64,000 nucleotides of DNA from Nemertoderma westbladi (Eukaryota > Animalia > Xenacoelomorpha). The stretch's first letter is position 1, and each line of letters starts with the position of its first letter. Position numbers and translations under genes: made by a program. The notes under the pieces were generated by a model. It did no database searches and had not been told where the DNA came from. It saw nothing but the letters and a program-made list of their open reading frames with translations. Of this stretch, positions 1 through 11,092 are shown in pieces. The DNA lies in contig JAUCBJ010000066.1 in assembly GCA_032718475.1 (NCBI GenBank), forward strand, positions 1-64,000. Direction: 5' to 3'.

Positions 1-198
1 TCGTACTGCTAATGTCTCGTCATAAAGTGTACCGGATATGCAAAGGTATGCAATAAAAATGTATAATATAAAGGCAGTAGTTAGCCTACACCAGTATGCT
101 GTACTGTATCAGTGAAAAGTCAAGTGAAAACTCTCTAACACTTGTCCGAGTATATGGCAAACTCAGTAGGTCCTGAGTATGTAAGTGGCACCGCCACA
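1..198 (-). repeat. 3' LTR (first 13 bp lie outside the window)
   Basis: Base-for-base identical to 4198-4395 on visual comparison; adjoins the G-run PPT. Confidence 0.95.
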
Positions 199-212
199 TG
201 ACCCCCCCAGAC
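199..212 (-). other. Polypurine tract
   Basis: Minus strand reads CTGGGGGGGTCA immediately before the TG of the 3' LTR. Confidence 0.8.
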
Positions 213-222
213 TCGGAAAGAG

Positions 223-3200
223 TTAGAGGTAGTGAGGGGGGTGGATAGTGCGTCCAGACCGAGTTCGAACAGACGGGGCGTCCGGGGTGGGCGGTGGTGG
301 TGTGTATGTCGGTGTCCCCCTAGTGGCGGGAAGGTCGGGAGGAACTCTGGGAGGTCGGCCGCGACGCCGTGGCTGCCCGTAGACGATCGGCTCAGTGCAG
401 TCTAGATGTGCCGGCTTCAGTCGGTCGACGGACACTGTCTCGGTGCGGCCCCCAATGTCGAGTTGGAACGTCTTGGGCCCATGGACCAGGACCCGGTAGG
501 GTCCCTCATATGGGCGTTCCAGAGGCGTCCGGTGGGCGTCCCGTCGGACGAAGACGTGTGGGGCATTTTGGAGTTCGTGGGGAACAGACGATGGGGTTGG
601 ACCGTGACGCGACGTGGGGACTGGGGCGAACCGTCCGACACGCTCGCGGAGTTGCGGAAGGATCGTGGACGGAGAGTGTGGGACGTCCGTCTGCGTGGGC
701 GGGAGGAACTCGCCCGGGACGGTGAGGGGGGCACCGTAAACCAACTCGGCGGTGGAGGTGCCCAAGTCGTCCTTGGGTGCGGTCCTAATTCCGAGAAGGA
801 CCCACGGCAACTCGTCGACCCAGGCGGGGCCGGTGAGGGACGCACGGAGGGCGGACTTGAGGTGGCGGTGGAAACGTTCCACCAGTCCGTTCGCCTGCGG
901 GTGGTAGGCCGTTGTGCGGTGCAGTTGGGTGCCCAGCAGCTGGTTGACGGCGGACCAGAGCTGGGAAGTGAACTGCGAGCCCCGGTCGGAGGACACGTCA
1001 GTAGGGACGCCAAAACGGGCGATCCAGTTCGCGATGAGCGCGCGGGCGCAGCTCTCAGTGGAGGTGTCGGTGAGGGGAATGGCCTCCGGCCACCGGGTGA
1101 ATCGATCCACCATCGTTAGGAGATGGGTGTACCCGTGGGACGGCGGGAGGGGCCCGACCAGATCTATGTGGATGTGGTCGAAGCGGCGATGGGGAGTCTC
1201 GATGGTGCCGAGGGGAGCGCGGACGTGGTGTTGCACCTTGGACGTTTGGCACGGCACACAGGTTGTTGCCCATGCACCGACCTGTTTCCGGAGGCCATGC
1301 CAAACGAATCGGTCGGCGACGATTTTCTTAGTCGTGCGGACCCCCGGGTGCGAGAGGCCGTGGATGACGTCGAAGACGTGGCGACGCCACGTGGCCGGAA
1401 CGACCGGTCTGGGGTGGCCGAGAGAGACGTCGCAGAGCAGCGTTGCGCCGGAGGGGCCGATGGGGACGTCCTGCAGTTCGAGGCCCGAGATGGCGGTGCG
1501 GTATGCGGCCATCTCGCTGTCGGCGAGTTGGGCGGCAGCCATGGCGACGTAGTCGAGGCCGGGGGTGTGTACAGCGCCGATGTGTGTCCTGGAGAGGGCG
1601 TCCGCCACACAGTTATCTTTCCCCGAGACGTGGGCGATGGCCGTGGTGAACTCCGACACATAGGCGATGTGCCGCTGTTGTCTGGAGGACCACGGGTCAC
1701 TGATCTTGGAGAAAGCGAACGTGAGAGGTTTGTGGTCCGTGTAGGCGGTGAAGGCGCGCCCCTCCAGGAAGTACCGGAAGTGGCGAATCGCGAGGTAAAG
1801 AGCCAGGAGCTCCCGGTCGAACGCGCTGTACTTCACCTCCGGGGGTCTCAACTGGCGGCTGAAGAACGCTAGGGGGCGCCACGACCCGCCGACCAGCTGC
1901 TCGAGGACGGCGCCCACGGCCGTGCCAGAGGCGTCCACTGTGAGTGCCGTGGGGGCGGTGGCTTCGGGGTGGGCCAACATGGTGGCGTGGGCGAGGACCT
2001 CCTTCGTGTCCCGGAAGGCTACCAGCATGTCGGGAGACCAATCGAGGAGTTTCGGCTTGGTACCGGAAAGGGCCCTGTAGAGAGGCCGCATAATGGCTGC
2101 AGCAGAGGGGATGAACCGATGGTAGAAGTTTACCATCCCCACGAACTCCTGCAGGCCCTTAACGGTGGTGGGCTGGGCGAAATCCCTGATGGCGGCGACC
2201 TTGTCAGGGAGGGGAACGGCTCCATGGGCCGAGATGCGGTGGCCGAGGAAGTCGATGACCGGTCGACCGAACTGGCACTTGGCGAGGTTGATGACGAGGC
2301 CGTGCTGCTGGAGGCGCGAGAAGAGCTGACGGAGATGGTCTCGGTGCTCCTGTCTGGACCGACTCGCGACGAGGACATCGTCTAGGTAGATGAAGACGAA
2401 GTCGAGTCCCTGGAGCGCCGAGTCCATCAGTCTCTGGAAGGCCTGGGCCGCGTTCTTCAGCCCGAACGGTACCCGGAGGAACTCGAAAAGGCCGAACGGG
2501 GTGATGACGGCGGTCTTAGCGATGTCGACCTCATGGATGGGTATCTGGTGGTAACCGCGCACCAGATCGATCTTAGAGAAGATCCGTGCTCCTGCCAGGC
2601 GGGAGGAGAAGTCCTGGATGTGGGGAACAGGATACCGATCCGGAGTCGTGGCGTCGTTGAGGCGGCGGTAGTCGCCGCAGGGCCTCCAGCCACCCGAGGG
2701 TTTCGGGGCCATGTGGAGGGGAGACGACCAGGGACTGTTAGATCGGCGGACGATCCCCATCTCCTCCATCTTGCGGAACTCCTCCTTGGCGATCGCCAGT
2801 TTGTCTGGAGGGAGACGGCGGGCGCGGGCGTGGACTGGTGGCCCTTCGGTGGGGATATAGAGTTCCACGCCGTGTTTCACCGTCGGGTCGGAGAACCGAG
2901 GCTCCGTGATGTCGGGGAACTCGGCAAGGAGACGGGCGAACTCGTTGTCGGAGGAGGCGATGGAACCGAGGTGGAGAGCGTGTCCCGGGGTCCGCCCGCA
3001 TGGAATCGAGGTCAACGTCTCGGCGTCGACCAGACGGCGGCCTCTCAGATCAACCAACAGGTTGTTGGCCCGGAGGAAGTCGGCTCCGAGGAGAGGCTGG
3101 TCCACGTCCGCGGCCGTGAACCGCCACTCGAATTGGCGGGTCCCGAAACGCAGCGGAATTGTGCGTTGTCCGTATGTCCTGATCGAGGTGCTATTGGCGG

Positions 3201-3381
3201 CTACGAGGGGCGGACCGCTTCCGCCCGCGCGTGCCTCGTGCGTCATAGCCGGGATGACGCTGACCTCGGCCCCGGTGTCCACCAGAAACCGTTGCCCGGA
3301 CAGTCGGTCCAGGACAAATAGCAGCAGATCGGGGTGGCCGGCCGTAGCAGCTGCTACTGACGGCCGGCCGGGGCGTTTCCC
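223..3381 (-). CDS. pol: Pol polyprotein (protease, RT, RNase H, integrase), expressed by -1 frameshift from gag
   Basis: Within ORF 223..3444: FLVDTGA protease, YLDD RT, TVDAS...[10 protein letters not shown] RNase H, HHCC zinc finger (HGLSH...CVPC), integrase core (HIDL...SDRG...GLVER), GPY motif. No stops. Confidence 0.95.
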   Translation of the reverse strand, partial: GKRPGRPSVAAATAGHPDLLLFVLDRLSGQRFLVDTGAEVSVIPAMTHEARAGGSGPPLVAANSTSIRTYGQRTIPLRFGTRQFEWRFTAADVDQPLLGADFLRANNLLVDLRGRRLVDAETLTSIPCGRTPGHALHLGSIASSDNEFARLLAEFPDITEPRFSDPTVKHGVELYIPTEGPPVHARARRLPPDKLAIAKEEFRKMEEMGIVRRSNSPWSSPLHMAPKPSGGWRPCGDYRRLNDATTPDRYPVPHIQDFSSRLAGARIFSKIDLVRGYHQIPIHEVDIAKTAVITPFGLFEFLRVPFGLKNAAQAFQRLMDSALQGLDFVFIYLDDVLVASRSRQEHRDHLRQLFSRLQQHGLVINLAKCQFGRPVIDFLGHRISAHGAVPLPDKVAAIRDFAQPTTVKGLQEFVGMVNFYHRFIPSAAAIMRPLYRALSGTKPKLLDWSPDMLVAFRDTKEVLAHATMLAHPEATAPTALTVDASGTAVGAVLEQLVGGSWRPLAFFSRQLRPPEVKYSAFDRELLALYLAIRHFRYFLEGRAFTAYTDHKPLTFAFSKISDPWSSRQQRHIAYVSEFTTAIAHVSGKDNCVADALSRTHIGAVHTPGLDYVAMAAAQLADSEMAAYRTAISGLELQDVPIGPSGATLLCDVSLGHPRPVVPATWRRHVFDVIHGLSHPGVRTTKKIVADRFVWHGLRKQVGAWATTCVPCQTSKVQHHVRAPLGTIETPHRRFDHIHIDLVGPLPPSHGYTHLLTMVDRFTRWPEAIPLTDTSTESCARALIANWIARFGVPTDVSSDRGSQFTSQLWSAVNQLLGTQLHRTTAYHPQANGLVERFHRHLKSALRASLTGPAWVDELPWVLLGIRTAPKDDLGTSTAELVYGAPLTVPGEFLPPTQTDVPHSPSTILPQLRERVGRFAPVPTSRHGPTPSSVPHELQNAPHVFVRRDAHRTPLERPYEGPYRVLVHGPKTFQLDIGGRTETVSVDRLKPAHLDCTEPIVYGQPRRRGRPPRVPPDLPATRGTPTYTPPPPTPDAPSVRTRSGRTIHPPHYL
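3336..3381 (-). promoter_or_regulatory. -1 programmed ribosomal frameshift signal (G GGA AAC plus stem-loop)
   Basis: Minus-strand heptamer GGGAAAC (3381-3375) in gag phase, a 5-nt spacer, then GGCCGGCCGT...ACGGCCGGCC pairing around a GTAGCAGCTGCTAC palindrome. pol is in the -1 frame. Confidence 0.85.
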
Positions 3382-4094
3382 GGAAAAGTGCAGGGCGAGC
3401 GGCACTTCAGGGCGTCGGTGCCAAACTTCTGGTGGAAGTAGCACCAGTCGTCGTGAGCAGGCTGGGGGACGCGTGAACTCCGGCCGCTAGTTGGGGGGCC
3501 GGTGGAGGGCTTGTGGCGGGCCGGCCCGCCGGGACCTCGTACAGTACGCACTGCCGGCTCCAGTACGATGAGCGGCGTCGCTACAGCATGAGCGGAGAGT
3601 GAGCTCGAGCGGGAGGTTTCCCAAAGCGCGTCGGCGCGGTCTGCGACGCGGTCGAGGTCGCGAAAGTCCTCCTCGGCGAGTTGGAGGCGTATGGCGTCGG
3701 GCATCTGGCGGAGGAACGCCTCCTCGAACAGCAGGCAGTGGTGGTTATCACCGAGGAGTGCCTGCATCTCACCGAGGAGCTGCGAGGGTCGGCGGTCGCC
3801 GAGGCCGTTCAAGTCCCAGAGCCGCGCGGCGCGGTCGCGGCGGGAGAGTCCGAACACCTTGAGGAGTTTGGCCTTGATCTGGGCGTACTGGTCGACAGTA
3901 GGGGGATCCCGGATCAGCTGGAGGAGGCGACTGGCAGTGTCCTGGTCGAGGGCCCCCACCACGTAGTAGTACTTAGTGGCCTCGGTTGTGACGCCCCGGA
4001 TGGCGAACTGTGCCTCGGCCTGGGCGAACCAAACCTCAGGCTGGTTAGTCCAGAAGGTGGGCAGTTTTAGGGAGACGGCATTTGCCTCAGCCAT
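3354..4094 (-). CDS. gag: Gag (246 aa) with CHCC nucleocapsid motif
   Basis: [22 protein letters not shown]-terminus is typical of this Gypsy gag group. [18 protein letters not shown] fits CX2HX9CX3C. Confidence 0.93.
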   Translation of the reverse strand: MAEANAVSLKLPTFWTNQPEVWFAQAEAQFAIRGVTTEATKYYYVVGALDQDTASRLLQLIRDPPTVDQYAQIKAKLLKVFGLSRRDRAARLWDLNGLGDRRPSQLLGEMQALLGDNHHCLLFEEAFLRQMPDAIRLQLAEEDFRDLDRVADRADALWETSRSSSLSAHAVATPLIVLEPAVRTVRGPGGPARHKPSTGPPTSGRSSRVPQPAHDDWCYFHQKFGTDALKCRSPCTFPGNAPAGRQ

Positions 4095-4171
4095 GGTGAA
4101 GGCGTTGGAGCGGGGCGCGAATAACGGGAGGGCTGTTGGTTGCAGTTCGACTCAACAAATCGTGCTGAGCA

Positions 4172-4183
4172 GTCGGGTCACCA
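4172..4183 (-). other. Primer binding site, tRNA-Trp-like
   Basis: Minus strand TGGTGACCCGAC lies 1 nt inside the 5' LTR. The canonical Trp PBS is TGGTGACCCCGAC (one more C). Confidence 0.8.
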
Positions 4184-4184
4184 A

Positions 4185-4395
4185 TGTGGCAGTATAATCG
4201 TACTGCTAATGTCTCGTCATAAAGTGTACCGGATATGCAAAGGTATGCAATAAAAATGTATAATATAAAGGCAGTAGTTAGCCTACACCAGTATGCTGTA
4301 CTGTATCAGTGAAAAGTCAAGTGAAAACTCTCTAACACTTGTCCGAGTATATGGCAAACTCAGTAGGTCCTGAGTATGTAAGTGGCACCGCCACA
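4185..4395 (-). repeat. 5' LTR (211 bp)
   Basis: TG...CA termini with 6-bp inverted ends TGTGGC/GCCACA; identical to the other LTR. Confidence 0.95.
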
Positions 4396-4735
4396 GTGTA
4401 CTGTTTAGTGTTTATTCTTTATTATTTTACTGTATATGTGCGTTGTATATGTGTACTGTTTAGTGTTTATTCTTTATTATTTTACTGTATATGTGCGTTG
4501 TAGTTGTTGTGTACGGTGTATGCGTTTATATTATACTGTATGTGCTTTGTATATGTGTAATGTTTAGTGTTTATACCTTATTATTATACTGTATATATGC
4601 GTTGCAGTTGTCGTGTACTGTGTATTCATTTATATTATACTGTATGTGCTTTGTATATGTGTAGGCCTACTGTTTATGGTATATACTTTATTATTATTCT
4701 GTATATGTGAGTTGTAGTTGTTGTATGTGCGCTGT
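4396..4735. repeat. Degenerate AT-rich tandem repeat (about 50-60-bp units)
   Basis: Recurring GTGTACTGTTTAGTGTTTAT...TTATTATACTGTATATGTGCGTTGTA. Confidence 0.75.
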
Positions 4736-4750
4736 AGCATACATAAATTA

Positions 4751-4791
4751 AGCATTGATAAAGATAGCCATTGGCTTCCGAAACGTCTGCT
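4751..4791 (+). ncRNA. Minimal type I hammerhead ribozyme-like motif (Penelope-like element type)
   Basis: AGCA-TTGATAA-AGATAGCCATTGGCTTCC-GAAA-CGTC-TGCT: stem I AGCA/TGCT, core with U3-A8 in place of C3-G8, stem II AGCC/GGCT, palindromic ACGT stem III, GTC cleavage triplet. Confidence 0.6.
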
Positions 4792-5754
4792 AGGCCTAAT
4801 TACCTATTTTTTCATACCTGTGGCTGACAGTCCTTCCTTTGTTTTATCGTTTAATATTTTTACTCGCCACATTCCCCAACATGAATTTTAATTGATAAGG
4901 ATTTTGTTTACCTTTATAGTGTGCGGTTAATAGTGTCTAGTAGGCAGGCCTATAGTTAGTGATGTTAAGCCATCTTCTGGTGTTTCTCTGTGCCCTCTCG
5001 GTGTCAGACTAATGGCGCGACATCTCCCTCCACTAAATTAATTATTCAATGGTCTAGGCTCCTCCATCCACATACCCATCCCATCCCATACACTCCATGA
5101 ACCTCCATGTGGTCTTGTATGTAGTTCTCTCTCTACCAATACAACCCATGTCCGCAATGTTACGCCCTGGGGGCTCTCTCATCTACCTGATATCAGACAT
5201 ACAGGCGCACCGCACACTAAGCCTTTGTCGGTCCCAGCAAGTTAGCCTCCTGCTGTGTGATCTAGAAGATAACTCGCCAGAACCTGCCAATCAGATGACT
5301 TGAACAAATGTGTTCACATGTGATCACATTGGATGAAATCTGCTTTTTCTGGTGGCCTGTACTGTAGATGATTGGCAAAACCCTAAATGTGTTTTAAAGT
5401 TTGCTTAATTTTTAGGTTCTGGGGGGCTATTTTAAAAAGAGCCTAGTAACCAAAACCCAACGTAAACCATCCATTACAGAAAATTACCACTAAAAAAATT
5501 TTCAAAATTACCAATGTCTACGAAAAATGAAATATCTCAAAATGTAGAAGTGATATGGAAATGTTGTTTCCATATTCAGAAAGATTATAAAATTCGAGTC
5601 TAGAGAAAGTTACAATTTCGCCTTTTTGAAGAATACCTGGTTTTCAATTTTCGGTCGAAATTTTATTTGAATTTTATGAATGAAGAAAATGTTTTCTATC
5701 ATATATTTCTGAGACAGGGGGGGGGGGGGGGGTGGAAACTGGACACAAATAACA

Positions 5755-6410
5755 TTTGGGATTAAGGATTTGGGAATAAGGAATTTGGAAATAAGGAATA
5801 AGGTATTTGGAATTTGGGAATGAGGTATTTGGGATTTGGGAATAAGGTATTTGGGATTTGGAAAAAAGGTATTTGGGATTTGGAAATAAGGTATTTTAGA
5901 TTTGGGAATAAGGTATTTTGGATTTGGGTATAAGGTACAGTATTTGGGATTTGGGAATAAGGTATTTGGGATTTGGAAATAAGGTATTTTAGATTTGGGA
6001 ATAAGGTATTTGGGATTTGGGTATAAGGTATTTGGGATTTGGGAATAAGGTATTTGGGATTTAGGAATAAGGTATTTGGGATTTGGGAATAAGGTATTTG
6101 GGATTTAGGAATAAGGTATTTGGGAATAAGGTATTTGGGATTTGGGAATAAGGTATTTGGGATTTGGGAATAAGGTATTTTAGATTTGGGAATAAGGTAT
6201 TTATTTGGGATTTGGGAATAAGGTATTTTGGATTAGGAAATAAGGTATTTGAGATTTGGGAATAAGGTATTTGGGATTTGGGAATAAGTTATTTTGTAAT
6301 TTGTGAATAAGGTATTTAGGATTTGGGAATAAGGTATTTGGGATTTGGAAATAAGGTATTTGGGTAAATAATTTGGGATTAGCAAATAGGGAATTTGAGG
6401 TTTGGAATCT
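5755..6410 (+). repeat. About 22-bp tandem repeat (GGGAATAAGGTATTTGGGATTT)n
   Basis: Directly visible. The reverse-complement array lies at 7600-7955 and a short copy at 7417-7452. Confidence 0.9.
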
Positions 6411-6429
6411 GTAGTTAAAGTGTATTACA

Positions 6430-7320
6430 TGATTATGCAGGTTAGTAAAGGAGCAGGGTATAGAGGCGGGTAGACAAAAACAATATAAGATAGTTAACTC
6501 GTGTTAGAAAATTATGCAGGTTAGTAAAGAAGCAGGTTACAGAGGCGGCTAGATAGAATCAAAACAATAAACGATAATAAACGCGGGTTACAAGATTGTG
6601 CAGGTTAGTAAAGGAGCATGTTACAGAGGCTTGTAGATAGAACCAAAATAATAAACGATAGCTAATATGTGTTACTACAATATTATGCAGGTTAGTAAAG
6701 GAGCAGGTTACAGAGGCATATGTAGATAGAACCAAAACAATAAACGATAGTTAACACGTGTTGCAAGATTATGCAGGATAGTAAAGCAGCAGGTTACAGA
6801 AGCGTGTAGATACAGTAGAACCAAAATAATAAACGATAGTTAACACGTGTTACACGATTATGCAGGTTAGTAAAGGAGCAGTTTACAGATGCGTGTAGAT
6901 ATAGAACCAAAACAATAATTAACACATGTTACAAGTTTATGCAGGTTAGTAAAGGAGCTGTTTATTGATGCGGGTAGACATAACCAAAGCAATAAACGAT
7001 ATTTAACATTTATTTACACAATTACGCATTTAGTAAGAAGCAGGTTACAGAGGCGGGTAGATAGAACCAAATCGCTAAACGATAGTTAACATGCTGACAT
7101 GTGTTACTGCAAGATTTATGCAGGTAAGTAAACCAGCAGGTTACAGAGGCATGTAGATAGAACCAAAACAATAACCGACAGTTAACACGTGTTGCAATAT
7201 TATGCAGGTTAGTAAAGGAGCAGGTTGCAGAGGCATGTAGATAGAACCACAACAATAAACGAAAGATAACACGTGTCACATGCTTATGGAGGTTAGTAAA
7301 GCAATGGGTTACGGAAGCAT
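6430..7320. repeat. About 85-bp tandem repeat, about 11 units
   Basis: ATTATGCAGGTTAGTAAAGGAGCAGGTTACAGAGGC...AGAACCAAAACAATAAACGATAGTTAACACGTGTT recurs at about 6432, 6511, 6595, 6682, 6769, 6858, 6938, 7022, 7117, 7200, 7284. Confidence 0.88.
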
Positions 7321-7599
7321 ATGCATGAATATACAAATATGAAATGCGGATTTACAGATAAATGACGAAGATAGATTATAATATGCCTCTATATACTGTA
7401 TAAACATAAAACGTTAATACCAAATCCCAAATTTCTTATTCCCAGATCCCAAAGGGACGCTTTGTTCAACTGAGCCCCGTCATCGGAAACAGCCAGTGCC
7501 GCTAGTCGGTGGGGTAGACATATGTTGACGAGAGGCTATAATGAGGCGTAATGAGATATGCATTGCGTATCTTCTTCAGTGAACCAATAATGACGGAGC

Positions 7600-7955
7600 C
7601 CAAATTCCTTATTCCCAAATACCTTATTCCCAAATCCCAAAAACCTTATTCCCAAATCCCAAAAACCTTATTCCCAAATCCCAAATAGGCCTACCTTATT
7701 TCCAAATCCCAAATAGGCCTGCCTACATTATTCCCAAATCCCAAATTCATTATTCCCAAATCCCAAATACCTTATTCCCAAATTCCATTCCCAAATTTCT
7801 TATTCCCAAATCCCAATAAATACCTTATTCCCAAATTCCTTATTCCCAAATCCGAAAGACCTTATTTCCAAATCCCAAATAAATGTACCTTATTCCCAAA
7901 AACCTTATTCCCAAATAACTTATTCTCAAATTCCTTATTCCCAAATTCCAAATTC
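7600..7955 (-). repeat. (TTATTCCCAAATCCCAAATACC)n array, inverse of 5755-6410
   Basis: Directly visible. Confidence 0.9.
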
Positions 7956-8107
7956 ACCAGTGATAAATATTATCACCCGGGTGATAATTATTTTCCAGAC
8001 CATGTGCCGGCCCGGTCATCGCCTCAATTTTAAACTCAGTACTGGTACTCAGGTACTGTACTTTATTATTCTTAAAATTAATACCGGTCTAGGCCTATTG
8101 AAATGAT

Positions 8108-9116
8108 ATGTCGGATAGAACATCAAGCGCTCGAAACCGTGACTTTAGACGTAGGCGGTTATTGTTGGCTGACTTGCGGCAACAAATAGGCAATCGACTG
8201 AATGCGATAAATGGCAATGATGTAGACATGGGTGAGGATGAGGATGAGGGAGTCGAAGCTGACGTTCAGACTTTACCAATAGGCCCAAACCAGACTTTAA
8301 ATGAAAATACTACAGCACTTACGTCAAACTGCAATAACAATCAATCAAACTGCAATCAGAATAACATGAAACGTACCAGAGGTAGACAAACTGTCAGTGT
8401 TTCGGCTGCTGCTGCTGGGCGTCCACCACGATCAACAAACGTCGTCATTATCAAACTGAAAGTTTCGCAGGCTTCAGAATCGGTATTGATTCGAAAACCA
8501 CTTGGAGAGTCGAATGCCATTAAATTGTCTCTCCCAATGGACGATAACATGAGTAATGCTATAGACACAGTCGTTACGAAAATATTTGGTGACACAAACT
8601 TTAACAAAGCTTTAGAAGACTTAGACTTTCCTTCTGATAAAGATTCGTATGTTTGATTTAATGAAGTCATTCCCAGAAGAGGCCATAGCCTCGCTTTCTC
8701 ATCGACCTGTCACATATATTGAGGTAAAGGAATGCTTTACTCCCAAGTTTGATTCGTTGACCAGTTGTGAACGCCAGAAAGCCGCTGAAATTGTTTTCAA
8801 ATTTAATCAATTCCTCAAGAAAGTAGAGAAGGAAGAAATGAGTTCTAGCTATGTTCCAATAGATGGAACCGAAGAAACCAAGGTACTGAATTTGGGAGAT
8901 GTTCTCCAATTCGGAAGCGGCTCCAGATTTCCAAACTTCCAGGGAGAATTGCGCTTCTGTCAAGCGGATTCACCTAATCGACGCCTTACAGTGAACACGT
9001 GCGCCACCATCATAACTTTTCCCCTTAATAATAGGTACTTGCACGGGAAAACTCAAAAATTTTGCGAAGTACTTCTTGAGGACATATATAATAACCTCGG
9101 GTTTGGTCTTCCTTAG
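8108..9116 (+). pseudogene. Disrupted G2E3-like HECT E3 ubiquitin ligase ORF (C-lobe retained)
   Basis: Two overlapping ORFs (8108-8656, 8649-9116). The second has LGDVLQFGSGSRFP...F...TVNTCATIITFP...Y...F...GFG, matching the HECT C-lobe pattern with catalytic Cys (TGC 9000-9002) and C-terminal GFG. Most of the N-lobe appears missing. Confidence 0.65.
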
Positions 9117-9458
9117 TCTAGTGCTCTTATATCCAAGAATGGGGATGTTTTTAATTAATAGGACTCATTAAATCAAAATCATTAAATCATAGATCGAGAT
9201 AAATCATAGATGTCCAAATAAGACTCACGGTTTTATTAATAAACCTTAACGGACTGATCTTCCATTATTGTGTTATACTGTTAATTGTAGATAATTATTG
9301 TGTTTGTATTTGATTATTGTTCTTTTTAATTATAATAATTTGATTGTGTTGTGTTTTAATCAAAATATTTTCGTTATAACGATCTACAATACATACATAT
9401 TATCACCGAACACTCCAACTGGTTTAGTCATTAAAATTTAACTAAAAAAATCTTATTA

Positions 9459-9623
9459 GGGGTCATCCATAAATGACGTCACGATTTTTTGGGACATTCC
9501 CCCCCCCCCCATGTCACACATTATAAAATGAACTTGTTAATGAATTAAATTTAGAAAAAAATCATTATTTTAAAATCAACTGTAAATTATTATTTTATTT
9601 ACTATTGTTAAGTGAATTTTACG

Positions 9624-9658
<35 letters not shown>

Positions 9659-9735
9659 CTGTCTCACATCGTCACGAAATAGTGTAACCCCCCCCCCCCG
9701 TTCCTCCCTGTGTGACGTCATTTATGGATGGCCCC
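9459..9735. mobile_element. PIF/Harbinger-like MITE
   Basis: TIRs GGGGTCATCCATAAATGACGTCAC / GTGACGTCATTTATGGATGGCCCC; TTA target duplication at 9456-9458 and 9736-9738. Confidence 0.88.
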
Positions 9736-10950
9736 TTAGTATAAACAACCAACAACAGTGGTGAAAATGTTGGGCATAATATAATATAGAAGTTTACAGA
9801 TCCAGATGAATCTTGTTCCGTAAGTACATGTGAAACAAACAAGAAACATGTGAAACAAGTTTTCACAATGATCGGGATGACGAACGTTATTATCATCTTG
9901 AAGATATAGTTCGCAGAGCTCGTTCACGGTTATATTACAAAAAGGTAACTTGTATCCGAAAACGGACATAAGTTCAATATTGTATTGGTTGGTTGGTTGT
10001 AAGTAATTTGGTTGTTCGAGGTATAATAGTTGTGGTTTGCCCGCCAATGCAATTACTCCGCTCTTTCTTAGCCTGTGAGAGTTCCACCGTGAACAAATAT
10101 CATCTAATGATCGTTGTAATAAATCGACATAAACGAATCGCACAATTTCGATTTCTAAATAGTCGGATGTGTCCAATGCCCCGCGAATCTCAAGTTCCAA
10201 GAAATGATAGAGCCACTGATCCATTCCGAGGCCTGGGAACTTTGACCACCAGGACTCGATTCTTTGATTCCTAGAACTTTTCCCGTATAGGAAAGGACGG
10301 AAGTGGTAGTTGGCTTGTGGGTTAGATATAGAATACAAGTATTTCATAATTATTTCAACATTGACATTCTCAGTCCCGCGGTCACTTCTGACTCGACGTG
10401 GAATTGCGTTGTGCTCTTTGATAAAATCTAAGAAGTATTCCCCAACCAGAAATGGGTCATTATTTGATCTGTGACACTTTAACCACAGCACTTTTCGACT
10501 AAAACCATCAATAGCCGCATGAACTGTTAGACCAAATGGCTTTAATTTATCCCATCCGTCTATGTGTACCAGGTAGTTTGGTCCTTTAGATCTATATGTT
10601 CTTCGAATAATTTTCTTTCCAAGACGAATGGCTGAAGAATCTGGGTCTACAATCTTTAAAAGTGCGGCTACAATACTCCTTGGCGCGAATAGTTTATGTT
10701 TTTGCATTTGGCGATAACCGGTAGAATTATATAAACCAGATGAACTTGTCTCGATTTCATTAAAGATAGCGGCCAGTATATCATCAAATCTGTTTGGATT
10801 CAGCCTTCTACTAAGACCCAAACCTTTCAAAATTCTTCTCGTCGTTCTGACAGAGATTTCGATATTCTTACTCTTCAGCAACTTTGAGATATCCGAATTC
10901 GAAAATCCAGACCAGAAATAGTCAGAAACCAACTCAATTACATTATTCAT
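9736..10950 (-). CDS. IS3EU-type DDE transposase (integrase core with N-terminal HTH)
   Basis: ISVRTTRRILKGLGLSRR HTH-like segment, GYRQM, YRSKGPNYLVHIDGWDKLKPFG, AIDGFSRKVLWL, RSDRGTEN, SSRNQRIESWW. Likely start is ATG 10950 (ORF extends to 11016). The C-terminal tail may be frameshifted. Confidence 0.85.
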   Translation of the reverse strand: MNNVIELVSDYFWSGFSNSDISKLLKSKNIEISVRTTRRILKGLGLSRRLNPNRFDDILAAIFNEIETSSSGLYNSTGYRQMQKHKLFAPRSIVAALLKIVDPDSSAIRLGKKIIRRTYRSKGPNYLVHIDGWDKLKPFGLTVHAAIDGFSRKVLWLKCHRSNNDPFLVGEYFLDFIKEHNAIPRRVRSDRGTENVNVEIIMKYLYSISNPQANYHFRPFLYGKSSRNQRIESWWSKFPGLGMDQWLYHFLELEIRGALDTSDYLEIEIVRFVYVDLLQRSLDDICSRWNSHRLRKSGVIALAGKPQLLYLEQPNYLQPTNQYNIELMSVFGYKLPFCNITVNELCELYLQDDNNVRHPDHCENLFHMFLVCFTCTYGTRFIWICKLLYYIMPNIFTTVVGCLY

Positions 10951-11092
10951 ACTGTACAAAACAGCAAAACAATCTAATAAACAATCTAGCCTAACATACA
11001 TACAGTAGTCTCTCACATATATGTAAACATTATTAGGTGAGGATCACCGGACCGGTACACAGTCTGGAAAAGAACGATAAATCAACACCATG

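Larger units (their letters stand above)
1..4395 (-). mobile_element. Full-length Ty3/Gypsy LTR retrotransposon, CsRn1-like clade (3' LTR clipped by window edge)
   Basis: Direct repeats 1-198 = 4198-4395; the complete LTR 4185-4395 has TGTGGC...GCCACA termini. PBS and PPT adjoin the LTRs. gag and pol ORFs are intact, in PR-RT-RH-IN order. The Gag CX2HX9CX3C motif and Trp-type PBS are CsRn1-clade signatures. Confidence 0.96.

Noticed and set aside
3354-3356. Stop-codon readthrough of the gag UAG
   Set aside because: pol is in the -1 frame, not the gag frame, and a canonical slippery site is present.
369-4197. Many overlapping and antisense ORFs within the Gypsy element
   Set aside because: Expected shadows of GC-rich coding DNA; no recognisable motifs.
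5755-6410. Telomeric repeat
   Set aside because: Unit is a degenerate 22-mer rather than TTAGGG/TTAGG, and it is paired with an internal inverse array.
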